64,000 bases of DNA from Planctomycetota bacterium (GTDB lineage Bacteria > Planctomycetota > SZUA-567 > H5-PLA8): contig DATGGK010000269.1 of assembly GCA_035308565.1 (NCBI GenBank), forward strand, positions 23,656 to 87,655. Direction: 5' to 3'. A program made the position numbers and the translations under genes. Under the pieces are notes generated by a model. The model searched no databases, was not told the DNA's origin, and worked only from the letters and a program-made list of their open reading frames with translations. This document shows, piece by piece, positions 9,760 to 19,846 of the stretch (positions are counted from its first letter, which is position 1; the number at the start of each line of letters is the position of its first letter).

Positions 9760-12700
9760 TCACCACCCGAAAAAACGGTAGGGATCATCCCACTCTTCAG
9801 GCGGCTCCAAGTAGAACCCATGCAACCAGCGGCATTCGGGCGACTGGCCATTCCTCAGCTTGACCTGTGCCGTGAAACGTTCCAAGAGCGGGGTCTGCGC
9901 CTGAACGCCCAGATTTCCCAACACGCGCGTAAGGAGGCAACTGGTGCGGCGAAAGGTGCGCTTGGTGTTCTGCTGCTTTGGATTGAATTGCCACGGCGCA
10001 AGCTGGCAGAATACGACGCGGCCTTCGTCGGCGCTGGCCAGCACGCCGTCGCCGACAGCCTGCGCGCCGCCGGTGACCAGCGGGAGATTCCGTGGATCGC
10101 GGTTGTGGACGTCCGCGGGGCCGACTCCGACCAACGGCGAAGTCGCGGCTTGGGGCTCGAAAAAGGTGCCGATGTGCTCGGCCGTTTTCGTTTCCACTTT
10201 TACCGGCAGAAACGCGCCGGCTTCCGCAGCATCCATCCCCAACGCCAGCACGCGCCCGTCCTGCTTGAGCCACGCCGCGATGGCATCTTTGTCCGCGGCC
10301 AAGGCGGCTCCCCCGCCTGCGGAGACCACCAGGACTCGGCCGGCTTTGAGCGCCCCGGCCGCATAAGGCTCGACCGCGAAACCCGCCTGTTGCAGGTGCT
10401 TCTGCCCGGCCGGATCGCCAGCGTAAAGGATGGTCCGATGTGGCGCAGGCTTCCAGTTGCCTGCATAGGTCAAGAGGTTTCTCGCGAGCCGTTCGGCGGC
10501 CGGATCGCCCTCCGTGCGGGCGGTGACATCCATCTGGCAGAACAGCACCATGCCCTGCCCTTCGCGGTACTCCATGAGAGCGCTGTATTGGAGGCTGTAA
10601 CCGCCGTCCACCAGCGCCAGGAAATCGCCGCACGCGGGCTTCTCGATCAGTACGCTGGCTACGTTGCTGCGGTTGCCGCAGCGCCACGCGCGCGAGACTT
10701 GCAAGCCGGCGTTGACAACAGTGGGGCCTTGGATTGGATAGGGCAGCGTCATGTAGGTCAGGCGCGGCGCCATGTTCGTCGCTTCGCCGCGCCAATCCCG
10801 CAAGTTCTCGTCGTCCAATCCCGCCAGCACAGGATGGTCGGGAACGCGCCTGAAGGTTTCGCGCAAACCGTATTCCTGCACGCGAAAACCAAAGCGCTGC
10901 TCCAGCACGTCGGCGTGCTGTTCGAAGACCAGCACGCGCAGGCCCTCGGGAACACGGCGGAGATTCGGGCCCGGGCCTTCCGGCGTCAGGGCGTCCTTGC
11001 CGACAACCAGCACGTCGTACTTGGACAGATCGGCATCGGCCTGAACGGCCTCGCCTCGCACGCCCAACGCGGCGAACAGTTTGGTGGTTTCGCCCGGTGG
11101 ATCGAAGATCGCCATCTTGTTGGCGCCGGCCTGCTGCGCGGGGTCGTGCGCCAGCACGTTAATCGTGAAGGAGTCTTCCTGCGATTCGCCGGGAGTGAAC
11201 TTGACCGAGAGAACCAGCGTGTACGCGCCCGGCTTCAGTTCCGCGGGCAACGTGAACTTAAACGCCTGCATGTGGATGTCGCCTGTCGGCGCGGTGAAGG
11301 AGGCCGCGCCGGTTAACGGCGTCGGCAAATTCAGCGACCATTTGCAGTCGCAGGATACTGTGCCGCGGCTGTTGTTGATGGCGACGACCTGCTTTTCAAC
11401 GCTTTCGCCCGCGCGGAAATTGTGGCCCTTTTCGGTGAATGCTCCCGGTTTGCCGCCGATGTACGCCAGCAGCGGTCCGTTATTGCGCACCAGCACCTTC
11501 CCGGCGACTGTGGGAATCCAATCGGCGCGTTCAAACGCGTAGGCCATGTCTTCGGAGGATTGATCGGTGAAATCCACGCTGTAGCCGGGGCGCTGGAGTT
11601 TCTCCCAATCCACTTTGAAGTCCTTGCGGCCCTTGTGAACTTCCCCGAGTTTCCAGAGCCAGGCGTAGGTCCAGGGACTGATGCCGGAGACACCCCACGT
11701 GCGGAAGGCCCGCCAATTGTCAGCGGTGTAGCGGGCTATGACCTCCTGTTGCTGATCGAAATGCGGGTCGTAAATATAGGGCTTGTAATCCCAGTGGTGC
11801 CACGTCTTCCCGGCGTTGAACTGTTTGGCCTCCCAGCGCAAGTCGGCCTTCTCCATCTCGCCCAGCTTGAAGGCGGAGTCGCCGAGCCACTGCGAATCCC
11901 ATTCGGCCAAACAGAACTCGTAAGGCACCGTCCCACCGCCCTGCCAAGGCAGCTTGCCCTTGTAGAAGCCGCGGTACATGGTCCAGGTAAGAAAATACGG
12001 CATCCCGTATTCAACGATGACCGCCGGTTTCTCGCCCTTCGTCGCCCAATGTTCGAACCAGTCGGAGCGTTCTTGAATGGGTACGAAATTTAAGTAGAAG
12101 TTGTATGTCCACATCGCGCCCAAGTTGCCGGAAGAATGGTGATACACGATGCGGCTGGGGTCGAGCTTGCGGATAACCGCCTCGGCCATAAGCGCGTGAG
12201 CGCGGTTGCCGCCATCCTTGGGCTGATACACGCCGTCAATCAGGTCGGGATTCATCCCTTCGAAGTAGCCCGTTTGATTATGGCTGGTGGAGTACGCGAC
12301 GACGGAAGGGTGGTTCTCCGCTACGTGCACGTAGAAGGCGGCGTGCTGCGCATACCCGTTCTTCTGCGCGGCGTCCGCCGCCTTCCAGTCATAATCGCTG
12401 AAATGCGGCTGCGAGAAGGACACCAGCATCCCGGTGTCATCCGCCGCCCGCAGCATTTCCTCAAAGCTGACATGCGAACCCGGTTTGCAGTCGTAATTGT
12501 GCGTGTACACCATGTTGATGCCGATGCTCTGCAAGCGCTCCATCGTTTCCCGCGCCGCCGCGTAGCTGGCGGTCCCCGCGCCCTGCGTGGTGCTGTCTAT
12601 TGGCACGACCGAACAGAAAAGCCGCGTGCCGTTGAACTTGAAGTCGCGCCCTTCGATCCACATTTCGCGGAAGCCGAAGCGCACGGGCAGGCACACGTCC

Positions 12701-13674
12701 ACTGCCTTGCCGGCGGCGTCGAGCAGCGAGAGCTCCAAATCGTATTGATTTTGCGGCGTGTTCAGATCCCAGAGCTTCTCAGGCTTCCACGCTTCAGTGA
12801 AGCTAAAGCGACCGTCCTTCAAGTCAGCCTCCTTGAACACGGGACTCGTCAGCGTCTTAACCGTCTGGCCCTTGTCCAGGATTTTGGCCTGTAGTTTATA
12901 TTCCGCTCCCGGCGTTAAACCCGCCATGTCGGCGTGAGTGGCGAGCGTCCATTGGCGCACGGATGTTTCCACCTTTATATGGGTGACGCGCGCCTGCGCC
13001 GGTGTGCCGAGCAGGTAAACGTCTCCGCAGAGGCCCTTAAAGCGGACTTCGCCTTTTACTTCGTTGCCACCGTGCGTATCCGTGAAAGCGAGCATCGTGG
13101 CCTTAAGCGGCAGCGCCTCTGTCATCACGGAGAGCACGTGCTTGCCGGCGGGTTGCACAGCGGCGGTCAGGTCCAATTCGGCGGCGGGAAAGCGCATATT
13201 GCCGATCTTCTTGCCGTCCACGTAGACCGTCGCCACCGAATTCAGGTACTCCACCGACAACACAACTCGCCTTCCCGCCCAATCCGCGGGTACGGTGAAT
13301 TCGCGCTGATACCACGCCTTGGTAATACTGTTAAGGTTTTGGTTCTTCCAACCGGGATGAGCGTAAGCCTTCTGTGATTCCTTCCGGTCGTAGCTGTCGT
13401 TGCCGGCGGGCCAGGGGCCGGGCACCTTGAAGAAGCCCCAGTTATCCGATGGCACGCCGGCGTCGGCTGCGGCCGGCTGCCAGCGCCACAAGCCATTCAA
13501 GCAAAGGCATGCGCGCGTGGGCGATTTCTCACACGACGCTTGATCCAATTCCCAGACGGCCTTGACGCCATCAGGCAGAGGCGCGTCGGTCTGCGCGGAA
13601 CATGCGCCGACAAAACACAGCGCCAGCAGTACGAGAACTTGGATGCAATGCACCACTTGGGACTTAGCCATCGC
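9760..13674 (-). CDS. Large secreted multidomain glycoside hydrolase. It has a GH2-type N-terminal sugar-binding jelly-roll, a TIM-barrel region, and C-terminal class-I glutamine-amidotransferase-like domains like those of beta-galactosidase trimerisation/ThuA proteins.
   Basis: Probable ATG at 13674 (MAKSQVVHCIQVLVLLALCFVGACSAQ signal peptide). WYQREFTVPADWAGRRVVLSVEYLNSVATVYVDGKKIG resembles the GH2 N-terminal domain. The C-terminal repeats are GATase1-like. About 1304 aa. Confidence 0.7.
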   Translation of the reverse strand, partial: AMAKSQVVHCIQVLVLLALCFVGACSAQTDAPLPDGVKAVWELDQASCEKSPTRACLCLNGLWRWQPAAADAGVPSDNWGFFKVPGPWPAGNDSYDRKESQKAYAHPGWKNQNLNSITKAWYQREFTVPADWAGRRVVLSVEYLNSVATVYVDGKKIGNMRFPAAELDLTAAVQPAGKHVLSVMTEALPLKATMLAFTDTHGGNEVKGEVRFKGLCGDVYLLGTPAQARVTHIKVETSVRQWTLATHADMAGLTPGAEYKLQAKILDKGQTVKTLTSPVFKEADLKDGRFSFTEAWKPEKLWDLNTPQNQYDLELSLLDAAGKAVDVCLPVRFGFREMWIEGRDFKFNGTRLFCSVVPIDSTTQGAGTASYAAARETMERLQSIGINMVYTHNYDCKPGSHVSFEEMLRAADDTGMLVSFSQPHFSDYDWKAADAAQKNGYAQHAAFYVHVAENHPSVVAYSTSHNQTGYFEGMNPDLIDGVYQPKDGGNRAHALMAEAVIRKLDPSRIVYHHSSGNLGAMWTYNFYLNFVPIQERSDWFEHWATKGEKPAVIVEYGMPYFLTWTMYRGFYKGKLPWQGGGTVPYEFCLAEWDSQWLGDSAFKLGEMEKADLRWEAKQFNAGKTWHHWDYKPYIYDPHFDQQQEVIARYTADNWRAFRTWGVSGISPWTYAWLWKLGEVHKGRKDFKVDWEKLQRPGYSVDFTDQSSEDMAYAFERADWIPTVAGKVLVRNNGPLLAYIGGKPGAFTEKGHNFRAGESVEKQVVAINNSRGTVSCDCKWSLNLPTPLTGAASFTAPTGDIHMQAFKFTLPAELKPGAYTLVLSVKFTPGESQEDSFTINVLAHDPAQQAGANKMAIFDPPGETTKLFAALGVRGEAVQADADLSKYDVLVVGKDALTPEGPGPNLRRVPEGLRVLVFEQHADVLEQRFGFRVQEYGLRETFRRVPDHPVLAGLDDENLRDWRGEATNMAPRLTYMTLPYPIQGPTVVNAGLQVSRAWRCGNRSNVASVLIEKPACGDFLALVDGGYSLQYSALMEYREGQGMVLFCQMDVTARTEGDPAAERLARNLLTYAGNWKPAPHRTILYAGDPAGQKHLQQAGFAVEPYAAGALKAGRVLVVSAGGGAALAADKDAIAAWLKQDGRVLALGMDAAEAGAFLPVKVETKTAEHIGTFFEPQAATSPLVGVGPADVHNRDPRNLPLVTGGAQAVGDGVLASADEGRVVFCQLAPWQFNPKQQNTKRTFRRTSCLLTRVLGNLGVQAQTPLLERFTAQVKLRNGQSPECRWLHGFYLEPPEEWDDPYRFFGW

Positions 13675-14028
13675 GCCCTCCGTATACTGTAGCTTTAGAT
13701 ATTGGAGTTGAGGCTTTCGCCCAAAGCCCGCACAAGTCTCGCTTTCTTTTATGCCCACTGAAGTTTTTACACCGGCACGGATCGGCTTGTGACACCAATC
13801 CGTTGCCGCTGTTGGGCATCATGGATTTGAAGGCCAAAGAAATCATGGGCTGCGGCGCCATGATTTTCTGCTTCGCGTGCCCGTTGCTGGGCGCGATTCT
13901 CTTGCTCTTTTCGTGATCTTTCGCGATTGCCGCGCTTTTCGCCCGGTTGTAAAATTGCTGCGCGCAAGAAGCGTTGCGTTCAGCGGTGTGCTGCAAAAAG
14001 AAAGGGTCAATACCGGAGGATCGGGATC

Positions 14029-14712
14029 ATGAAATCGAATCAGCGGATGGCGAGATGGGTGTGCCAGGTTGTGACAGTCTTTGCCGCGTGTTCCGTTTCG
14101 GCGGCGCAGCGCCCTCAAAAGTCTGTTGAGGAAACGCTCAAGGAACAGTTGGATCTCATGGTTAAGGAGTGCAAATTAAACGACGAGCAGCAGAAGACGC
14201 TCAACGAAAAGTTTAAAGCCAAACAGGACGCGCTGGAAGCGTGGGACAAAACCAACGCTGAAAAAATGAAGAACGCGCAGGACGCCGCCGCCACCGCGCG
14301 AAAGGGCACCGACGCGGACGCCAAGAAGAAAGCCAACGGCGATCTGCGCGCGCTTCAGACGGAACGCGAGCAGTCTGCCGCCGACGCCGACAAGGCCATT
14401 CTCGCCGCGCTGACCGACGATCAGAAAAGCATGTGGGCCGGCGCTCAGTTGACCGAGGCCACGCTGGCCAAATACAAAAAATCCAATCTGACCGACGATC
14501 AAACCGCGAAAATCAAATCGGCCTGTCAGGTTGCCGCGAAGGAACTCGGCGCCTTCACCGGCGACGACCGCAAAGACAAACAGGGCCGCGCGGAAGTTCA
14601 GAAGTGTTTAAAATGGGCGATCGACAACGTGATCCTGGCGACGGAACTGCCCAAACCCGCCGCACCCGCGACGCCTGCGCCGGAAAGCAAGACTCCTTCC
14701 GAAACCAAATGA
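14029..14712 (+). CDS. Periplasmic LTXXQ-motif protein (Spy/CpxP/ZraP-like stress chaperone family)
   Basis: GGAGGA lies 8 nt before the ATG at 14029. Signal peptide VVTVFAACSVSAAQ. Three LxxxQ motifs (LNDEQ, LTDDQ, LTDDQ) in a charged helical protein. Confidence 0.6.
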   Translation: MKSNQRMARWVCQVVTVFAACSVSAAQRPQKSVEETLKEQLDLMVKECKLNDEQQKTLNEKFKAKQDALEAWDKTNAEKMKNAQDAAATARKGTDADAKKKANGDLRALQTEREQSAADADKAILAALTDDQKSMWAGAQLTEATLAKYKKSNLTDDQTAKIKSACQVAAKELGAFTGDDRKDKQGRAEVQKCLKWAIDNVILATELPKPAAPATPAPESKTPSETK

Positions 14713-15454
14713 AGCAGCGTCCGCCAAACCCACCCGGATGGAAAAACTCGATCGGCGGTAAAAAACGGATCCGTGGCGCACCAGAAGCACGCGGTGCCCA
14801 TGCACCAGAATATGTTCGTCCACCAGTTGCTGCAGCGTCAGCTCCACTGGAACAAATGCGCTGTGCTCGCTCATCGCCTGCGCCACTTTGTATCCGGCCA
14901 GAAGACCGCGGAATTCCGCTGCCCGCACTTCCGCCGTCGCCGCGCTTCCCAGAAACCAGCCGATGAACGCAATCCACAATCCGTTGCCCAGATTGTCGGA
15001 GAAGACATTCAGCGCCCCCAGAAAAATGAAACCAAAGCCGAAGAACCGACTCTTCTCAAAATAGCCAATTTGACCCGGCGCACGACATTCTCCGTGCATT
15101 TCGACATCATCCAGTTGACCACAGATTGTATGGTAAGAACCACAAGTTGACGACCAGCAGTCCACCGATGGCGAAGAATAGGTAGCTGCGCGCGTCGGCG
15201 TGCCAATTGCGTTCGAGGATCGTCGGCACCAGGGTCACAAGCACCGAAAACGCGGCTTGTGCCGCCAATCCAATGAACGCGCCGATAAGGATGCCGAGAT
15301 CCGGTCTGAGGCAGCGCCAAAAATACAGCACCAGTTTTAGACTTAGTTTGGGCGGCGGCGCCTCTGGCTGATTGTTGTCGTGCACGAGAATTACGCCTCT
15401 TAGAGGAGTCGATGGGAATTGAATGCGACGAGCCGTAGAGAGAGCGTATTTCAC
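14608..15454 (-). pseudogene. Remnant of an ABC exporter transmembrane domain, split over two frames
   Basis: 15107-15454: LVLYFWRCLRPDLGILIGAFIGLAAQAAFSVLVTLVPTILERNWHADARSYLFFAIGGLLVVNLWF looks like the TM1-TM2 region of ABC exporters. The frame changes near 15150 and the ORF ends at 14608 with no ATPase domain. It overlaps the start region of the LTXXQ gene. Confidence 0.3.
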
Positions 15455-15468
15455 GCCCAGCTATTCGC

Positions 15469-15514
15469 CATAGGGTTAAACCCTATAGTGTCCCCACAGT
15501 TGCCCGGATATTCT
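15469..15514 (+). promoter_or_regulatory. Promoter-like motif, instance 1: palindrome CATAGGGTTAAACCCTATAGTG plus a -10-like GATATTCT 16 nt downstream, upstream of pgm
   Basis: Member of a five-copy family, all in the same orientation upstream of plus-strand genes; see findings. Confidence 0.45.
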
Positions 15515-15553
15515 TCGAATTCTTAACGCGCGAATACCCGGACGGAGGAAATT

Positions 15554-17212
15554 ATGAACATAAGCCCCCTTGCAGGCAAGCCTGCAACGCCAGCAATGCT
15601 GGTCGATGTGCCCCGGCTGATCACCGCGTATTACACGAAGACTCCCGATCCCTCGGAGCCTTCGCAACGGGTGGCGTTTGGCACCTCCGGGCATCGTGGT
15701 TCGGCGTTCGAGCGATCTTTCAATGAAAATCACATCCTCGCTATTACACAGGCGATCTGTTTTTATCGAAAGCAGCAGGGCCTCAATGGACCGCTGTTTC
15801 TTGGGGCCGACACTCATGCACTATCGACACCAGCTTGCGCAACCGCGCTTGAGGTGCTCGCGGCAAATGAAGTCGAGGTGATGATCTCTGACGGCGACGA
15901 ATACACGCCAACCCCGGCTATTTCTCATGCAATCCTAAGTTACAATCGCGGCAGAAAGACCGGACTCGCCGACGGTATCGTCATCACGCCCTCGCACAAT
16001 CCGCCGCAGGATGGCGGCTTTAAATATAACTCGAGCAACGGCGGTCCCGCCGACACGGTGGTCACGGGCTGGATCGAAAAGAAGGCCAATGAGCTTCTTC
16101 GAGCCGGCCTTGCCGATGTGAAGCGCATTTCACTGGAGAGTGCGATCCACGCTGGCACGACGTATAGGCACAACTACCTGAGCGCTTACGTTGCCGATCT
16201 CGGCAACGTGGTTGACATGGACATCATCCGCGGCGCGAAGCTCAGCATGGGTGTCGATCCGCTTGGCGGCGCGGGCGTCCATTATTGGGGACGCATCACT
16301 GAGCGCTATGGTTTGAATCTTAACGTCGTCAACGACGCGGTCGATCCTACGTTTCGATTTATGACCGTCGATTGGGATGGCCAGATACGGATGGATCCTT
16401 CTTCGCCGTATGCGATGCAGCGCTTGATTGAAATGAAGGATCGCTTTGATCTTTCCTTCGCTTGCGATACGGACCATGACCGGCACGGCATCGTAACCAT
16501 AAGCTCAGGTTTGCTGCCGCCCAACCATTACCTTTCCGTCGCGATCCATTATCTTTTCCAGAATCGGCCGAAATGGCACAAGGAGATGGCCGTCGGCAAA
16601 ACGGTGGTGAGCAGCCAGATGATCGATCGCGTCGCCGCGAAACTTGGCCGGAAGCTCTTCGAGGTGCCGGTTGGTTTCAAGTGGTTCGTTGATGGCTTGC
16701 TCGACGGTTCGCTTGGTTTTGGCGGCGAAGAGAGCGCGGGCGCCGCGTTCGCTCGTCTGGATGGCAGTGTCTGGACGACGGACAAGGACGGCATTATCCC
16801 CTGCTTGCTGGCGGCGGAGATCACCGCGCGGCTGGGCCGCGATCCCGGTGAAATTTACCGCGAACTCACGCGCGAATTTGGCGAACCGGTCTACGATCGC
16901 GTTGAAGCGCCAGCTACGCCGAAGCAGAAGGAATTGTTGGCTAAACTCTCACCGCAGCAAGTTAAATCCACCGACCTGGCGGGCGAAAAAATCCGAAGTG
17001 TCCTTATCCAAGCGCCGGGCAATGGCGCGTCCATCGGCGGATTGAAAGTGGCGGCTGAGAGCGGATGGTTTGCGGCGCGTCCGTCAGGGACCGAGGAAAT
17101 ATACAAGATCTATGCGGAGAGCTTCCGCGGCGCGGATCATCTGCGCCACATTCTGGAGGAAGCCCAGACCATCGTCAGCGATGCTTTGGCCGGCAGCGCC
17201 CGAGCACGATAG
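15554..17212 (+). CDS. pgm: Phosphoglucomutase, alpha-D-glucose phosphate-specific
   Basis: GTSGHRGSAFERSFNENHILAITQAIC, the active-site loop TPSHNPPQDGGFKYN, and GGEESAGAAF. 552 aa, typical of E. coli Pgm-type enzymes. Confidence 0.9.
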   Translation: MNISPLAGKPATPAMLVDVPRLITAYYTKTPDPSEPSQRVAFGTSGHRGSAFERSFNENHILAITQAICFYRKQQGLNGPLFLGADTHALSTPACATALEVLAANEVEVMISDGDEYTPTPAISHAILSYNRGRKTGLADGIVITPSHNPPQDGGFKYNSSNGGPADTVVTGWIEKKANELLRAGLADVKRISLESAIHAGTTYRHNYLSAYVADLGNVVDMDIIRGAKLSMGVDPLGGAGVHYWGRITERYGLNLNVVNDAVDPTFRFMTVDWDGQIRMDPSSPYAMQRLIEMKDRFDLSFACDTDHDRHGIVTISSGLLPPNHYLSVAIHYLFQNRPKWHKEMAVGKTVVSSQMIDRVAAKLGRKLFEVPVGFKWFVDGLLDGSLGFGGEESAGAAFARLDGSVWTTDKDGIIPCLLAAEITARLGRDPGEIYRELTREFGEPVYDRVEAPATPKQKELLAKLSPQQVKSTDLAGEKIRSVLIQAPGNGASIGGLKVAAESGWFAARPSGTEEIYKIYAESFRGADHLRHILEEAQTIVSDALAGSARAR

Positions 17213-17428
17213 AGATCGCGCGTCGAAGCCTTGATCCCTTGAGCACTGATTAGTCATACCGCTGTGTAACGATGGAATGAACTCCACCGCCGTTGGTGCC
17301 GCCAATGCCGCGACCGCCGAACGCATCCACGATCGATCCATGTGAACGCAAATTCCCAGGGTCAAAACCGAAGTACTGTCGCGCATGAAACTCAAACTAC
17401 CGGTCGATGCCCGCGGCTTGAGTAGACG

Positions 17429-18520
17429 CTATTTGATCTGTGTGATGACCAGATGCGCGGACACAGGTCGTGTGCCGCCGGCGATGGGTGTGATCGTCAG
17501 CGCCGTCGAATTCCCCGCGGGATTTCGAATCGTCAGAACCGAATTGACGACGGTAGTGCTGGCCAGGCACGTGCCGACAATCTGACAGGTGCCGGTGGCT
17601 CGTCCAACCACTGTATAAGCCAGTTCGGTCGCGCCCGTGCTGCCGTCGAGCCCCACGACAAGCTGGCCCGGCTCGGTCACGCTGACCTGGAAGTTCACCT
17701 GATACGTCCCGATCGCCGGCAACACAAATTGAGTGGCACTGGAGCGGGAGATGTTGCTGATGGGTCCAGTCTGGGGGAACGCAACCGCGGTGCCGACTCC
17801 CACGGTTGTTGAATTGTCGCCCGGCATGAGCGCGTAAAAGTCGGCAAATGTGCTGAGGACACCGGGTATGTTGCCGCTGCCGTCGCGCTTGACGATGGTG
17901 TTGGGCGTATTGTTGGTCGTGGCCGCATTGGCCAGATTCGCGCCGCTGGCGATGTTCTCTGCCGTCACGCCGCCCACAGTCGAGACAACTGTCGCCGCTT
18001 GCGTGCCGGTAATATCTCCCGCGAGCGAACCGGTGAAACTCGTTGCCGAACCGCTGACGTTGCCCGTCAAATTTCCCGTGATGGTTCCGGTGAAAGTCTT
18101 GTTGCCGGCGATATTGCTTTGATTGGTGGTGAGATCGACGAAATTCTGCGTCGAGGAGCCAGTGCCGCCATTGCCGATGCCAAGGATCAGATTCCAAACC
18201 GCGCCGCCGTTGCCGTCGGATTGCAGCACCGCGCCGCTGGAACTCGGGACGCTGCTTAGCGCCGTCCCCAGCACGCTTGCCCATGCGGACTTGCCCGCAC
18301 CGTCTGCGATCAGCGCCTGGCCCGCCTTGGCCACCACCGGAGGCGTCTTCAAGACAACGCTGTTAATTTTCGCGTCAGACGGTGCAGGAAGCGGTTTAAC
18401 CTTGCGCGCACCGACATCCGCATCTTGCGCGGGATTTGAAGTTGATTCTTCAGCACCCCTGGACACACCCATGCCAATACTGAAAACGAAAACGAGCAGA
18501 GCAGAAAAACGCACTGCCAC
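17429..18520 (-). CDS. Secreted Gly/Thr/Asn-rich repeat protein with a C-terminal C1q/TNF-like (BclA C-terminal domain-like) beta-sandwich; resembles a tail-fibre or collagen-like surface protein
   Basis: Probable GTG start at 18520 with a signal peptide. Central repeats GNKTFTGTITGNLTGNVSGSATSFTGSLAGDITG. C-terminal YQVNFQVSV...TGTCQIVGTC... resembles the BclA/C1q globular-domain pattern. Confidence 0.55.
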   Translation of the reverse strand: MAVRFSALLVFVFSIGMGVSRGAEESTSNPAQDADVGARKVKPLPAPSDAKINSVVLKTPPVVAKAGQALIADGAGKSAWASVLGTALSSVPSSSGAVLQSDGNGGAVWNLILGIGNGGTGSSTQNFVDLTTNQSNIAGNKTFTGTITGNLTGNVSGSATSFTGSLAGDITGTQAATVVSTVGGVTAENIASGANLANAATTNNTPNTIVKRDGSGNIPGVLSTFADFYALMPGDNSTTVGVGTAVAFPQTGPISNISRSSATQFVLPAIGTYQVNFQVSVTEPGQLVVGLDGSTGATELAYTVVGRATGTCQIVGTCLASTTVVNSVLTIRNPAGNSTALTITPIAGGTRPVSAHLVITQIK

Positions 18521-18641
18521 CTCCCGATCTAATTGGTTTCAAAAAAACGCGATTTGCGTCAACGCTAACGGCGAGCGCAGGTGTTGCACAGCTATTTTTG
18601 CAAAAAAGATTGCTTGATCATTCGGCGCGTGTTTCACAAAG

Positions 18642-18685
18642 GAGGGTTTCGCCCTATAGAGATGCGTCCGGTTGTGTCGTACAGT
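18642..18685 (+). promoter_or_regulatory. Promoter-like motif, instance 2: GAGGGTTTCGCCCTATAGAGATG plus CGTACAGT 16 nt downstream
   Basis: Same family as instance 1; upstream of the 18727 small ORF. Confidence 0.45.
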
Positions 18686-18726
18686 TTAGTCGGAAGCCGA
18701 TGCCTGGCTTCTGAAAGGCGCAAAAA

Positions 18727-18924
18727 ATGAACTGGTTACCGGCAAAAGTTGCAGTCCTCGAAAAGCTGGAAAAGTGCCTTCAGGGAGACTTGCGCGAGCA
18801 AATGCTGCGCGAAGAACTCTATAGATCGCTCTGTGCCTGGATACGAACTGAACCGCTCTTGGCGGTTTCTAATCGAGGCCTAGCTCTCATCGCTCCAGTG
18901 GCCAGTGCCAAATTCTCGGCCTAG
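18727..18924 (+). CDS. Small hypothetical protein (65 aa) downstream of the promoter-like motif
   Basis: ATG start with 30-nt spacing from the putative -10 box. No recognisable family. Confidence 0.35.
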   Translation: MNWLPAKVAVLEKLEKCLQGDLREQMLREELYRSLCAWIRTEPLLAVSNRGLALIAPVASAKFSA

Positions 18925-18959
18925 AAGTGTACCGGCAGTGCCAGCTATGGCACCGCAGT

Positions 18960-19511
18960 TCAATCCGAGACCCATCCCTCTGAAAGATGGCTCGACGGAA
19001 AAAATGAGCCGTTGAATGCGAATAGGGTTTCGACGGCTTGGCCTTCCCTCAAAATCCGCTGGCCTTCCGAAAGCCGGTTGTGCGTGCCGTCTTTCAGCAC
19101 AATCGAACCATCCGCCGAAATCCGCGATCCATTGTCCAAGGTGACGTCCACGGTCACCAAGGTAGGCGTGCGATCGCGCATCACGTACACTTTGCCGTCT
19201 TCGAGGCAATAACCGTCGAAGTCATCCGTTCCGGCATCGGCGACAATGTACTCGCCGTCCATGTCGATCCAGCGATTCTCCTGGAACCGTTCCCGCTTGC
19301 CGTCCTTGAGGATGACAAATCCATCCGTGGTCAGCCGCGAACCGTTGCGCAGCGTCACTTCCGCCGTCACGGGACTTTCCTTGCCATCCTTCACCATCAC
19401 GACTTTTCCGCCCTTAAACGAATAGCCGTCCTTTTGCGTACCTTCCGCCGCGTACATCGTCAACGACAGCAGTGCAAAATTCAACGCCAACAAACCGACA
19501 TTGTTACGCAT
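18960..19511 (-). CDS. Secreted protein with an internal tandem duplication (two copies of a roughly 50-aa beta-rich module)
   Basis: Signal peptide LLALNFALLSLTMYAAEG. The repeats VMVKDGKESPVTAEVTLRNGSRLTTDGFVILKDGKRERF and VMRDRTPTLVTVDVTLDNGSRISADGSIVLKDGTHNRL. Confidence 0.5.
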   Translation of the reverse strand: MRNNVGLLALNFALLSLTMYAAEGTQKDGYSFKGGKVVMVKDGKESPVTAEVTLRNGSRLTTDGFVILKDGKRERFQENRWIDMDGEYIVADAGTDDFDGYCLEDGKVYVMRDRTPTLVTVDVTLDNGSRISADGSIVLKDGTHNRLSEGQRILREGQAVETLFAFNGSFFPSSHLSEGWVSD

Positions 19512-19679
19512 GATTCAACTCCTCCAAATGTGACAAATAACAAACCTGGTAAAATTGCGGACACACCGCGCTTGAAAATCACTGAAGGTCATATACCGCG
19601 ACGGGCGCTTGTTTATACTCTGATATGAGGTAATGCTTGCACTAAGCCAATTGCAAAAAATGGAATGCAAAATTAACGA

Positions 19680-19723
19680 GGGTTTCACCCCATAGATATG
19701 AGACCGCTCCTCGGGTATATTGT
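19680..19723 (+). promoter_or_regulatory. Promoter-like motif, instance 3: GAGGGTTTCACCCCATAGATATG plus GGTATATT 16 nt downstream
   Basis: Same family; upstream of the acidic small protein gene. Confidence 0.45.
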
Positions 19724-19846
19724 GTTAAAGATCGACAGTCGAAAAACAATTGCACGATAGTATGCGCGAACAAGAGATCGCTTTTGAATCAAAAGCTTCA
19801 ACATCGTCTGGAAGACTGCCAACCGTTGGATAAATGGGGGAACACG

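Noticed and set aside
9797-11316. Long ORFs (332 aa minus strand in another frame, 498 aa plus strand) overlapping the large GH2-like hydrolase gene
   Set aside because: Alternate-frame and antisense ORFs of a high-GC gene. Their translations are low-complexity (Arg/Gly/Ala-rich).
17397-18284. 295-aa minus-strand ORF overlapping the C1q-like protein gene in another frame
   Set aside because: Arg/His/Gln-rich nonsense translation. The other frame gives a signal peptide and structured repeats.
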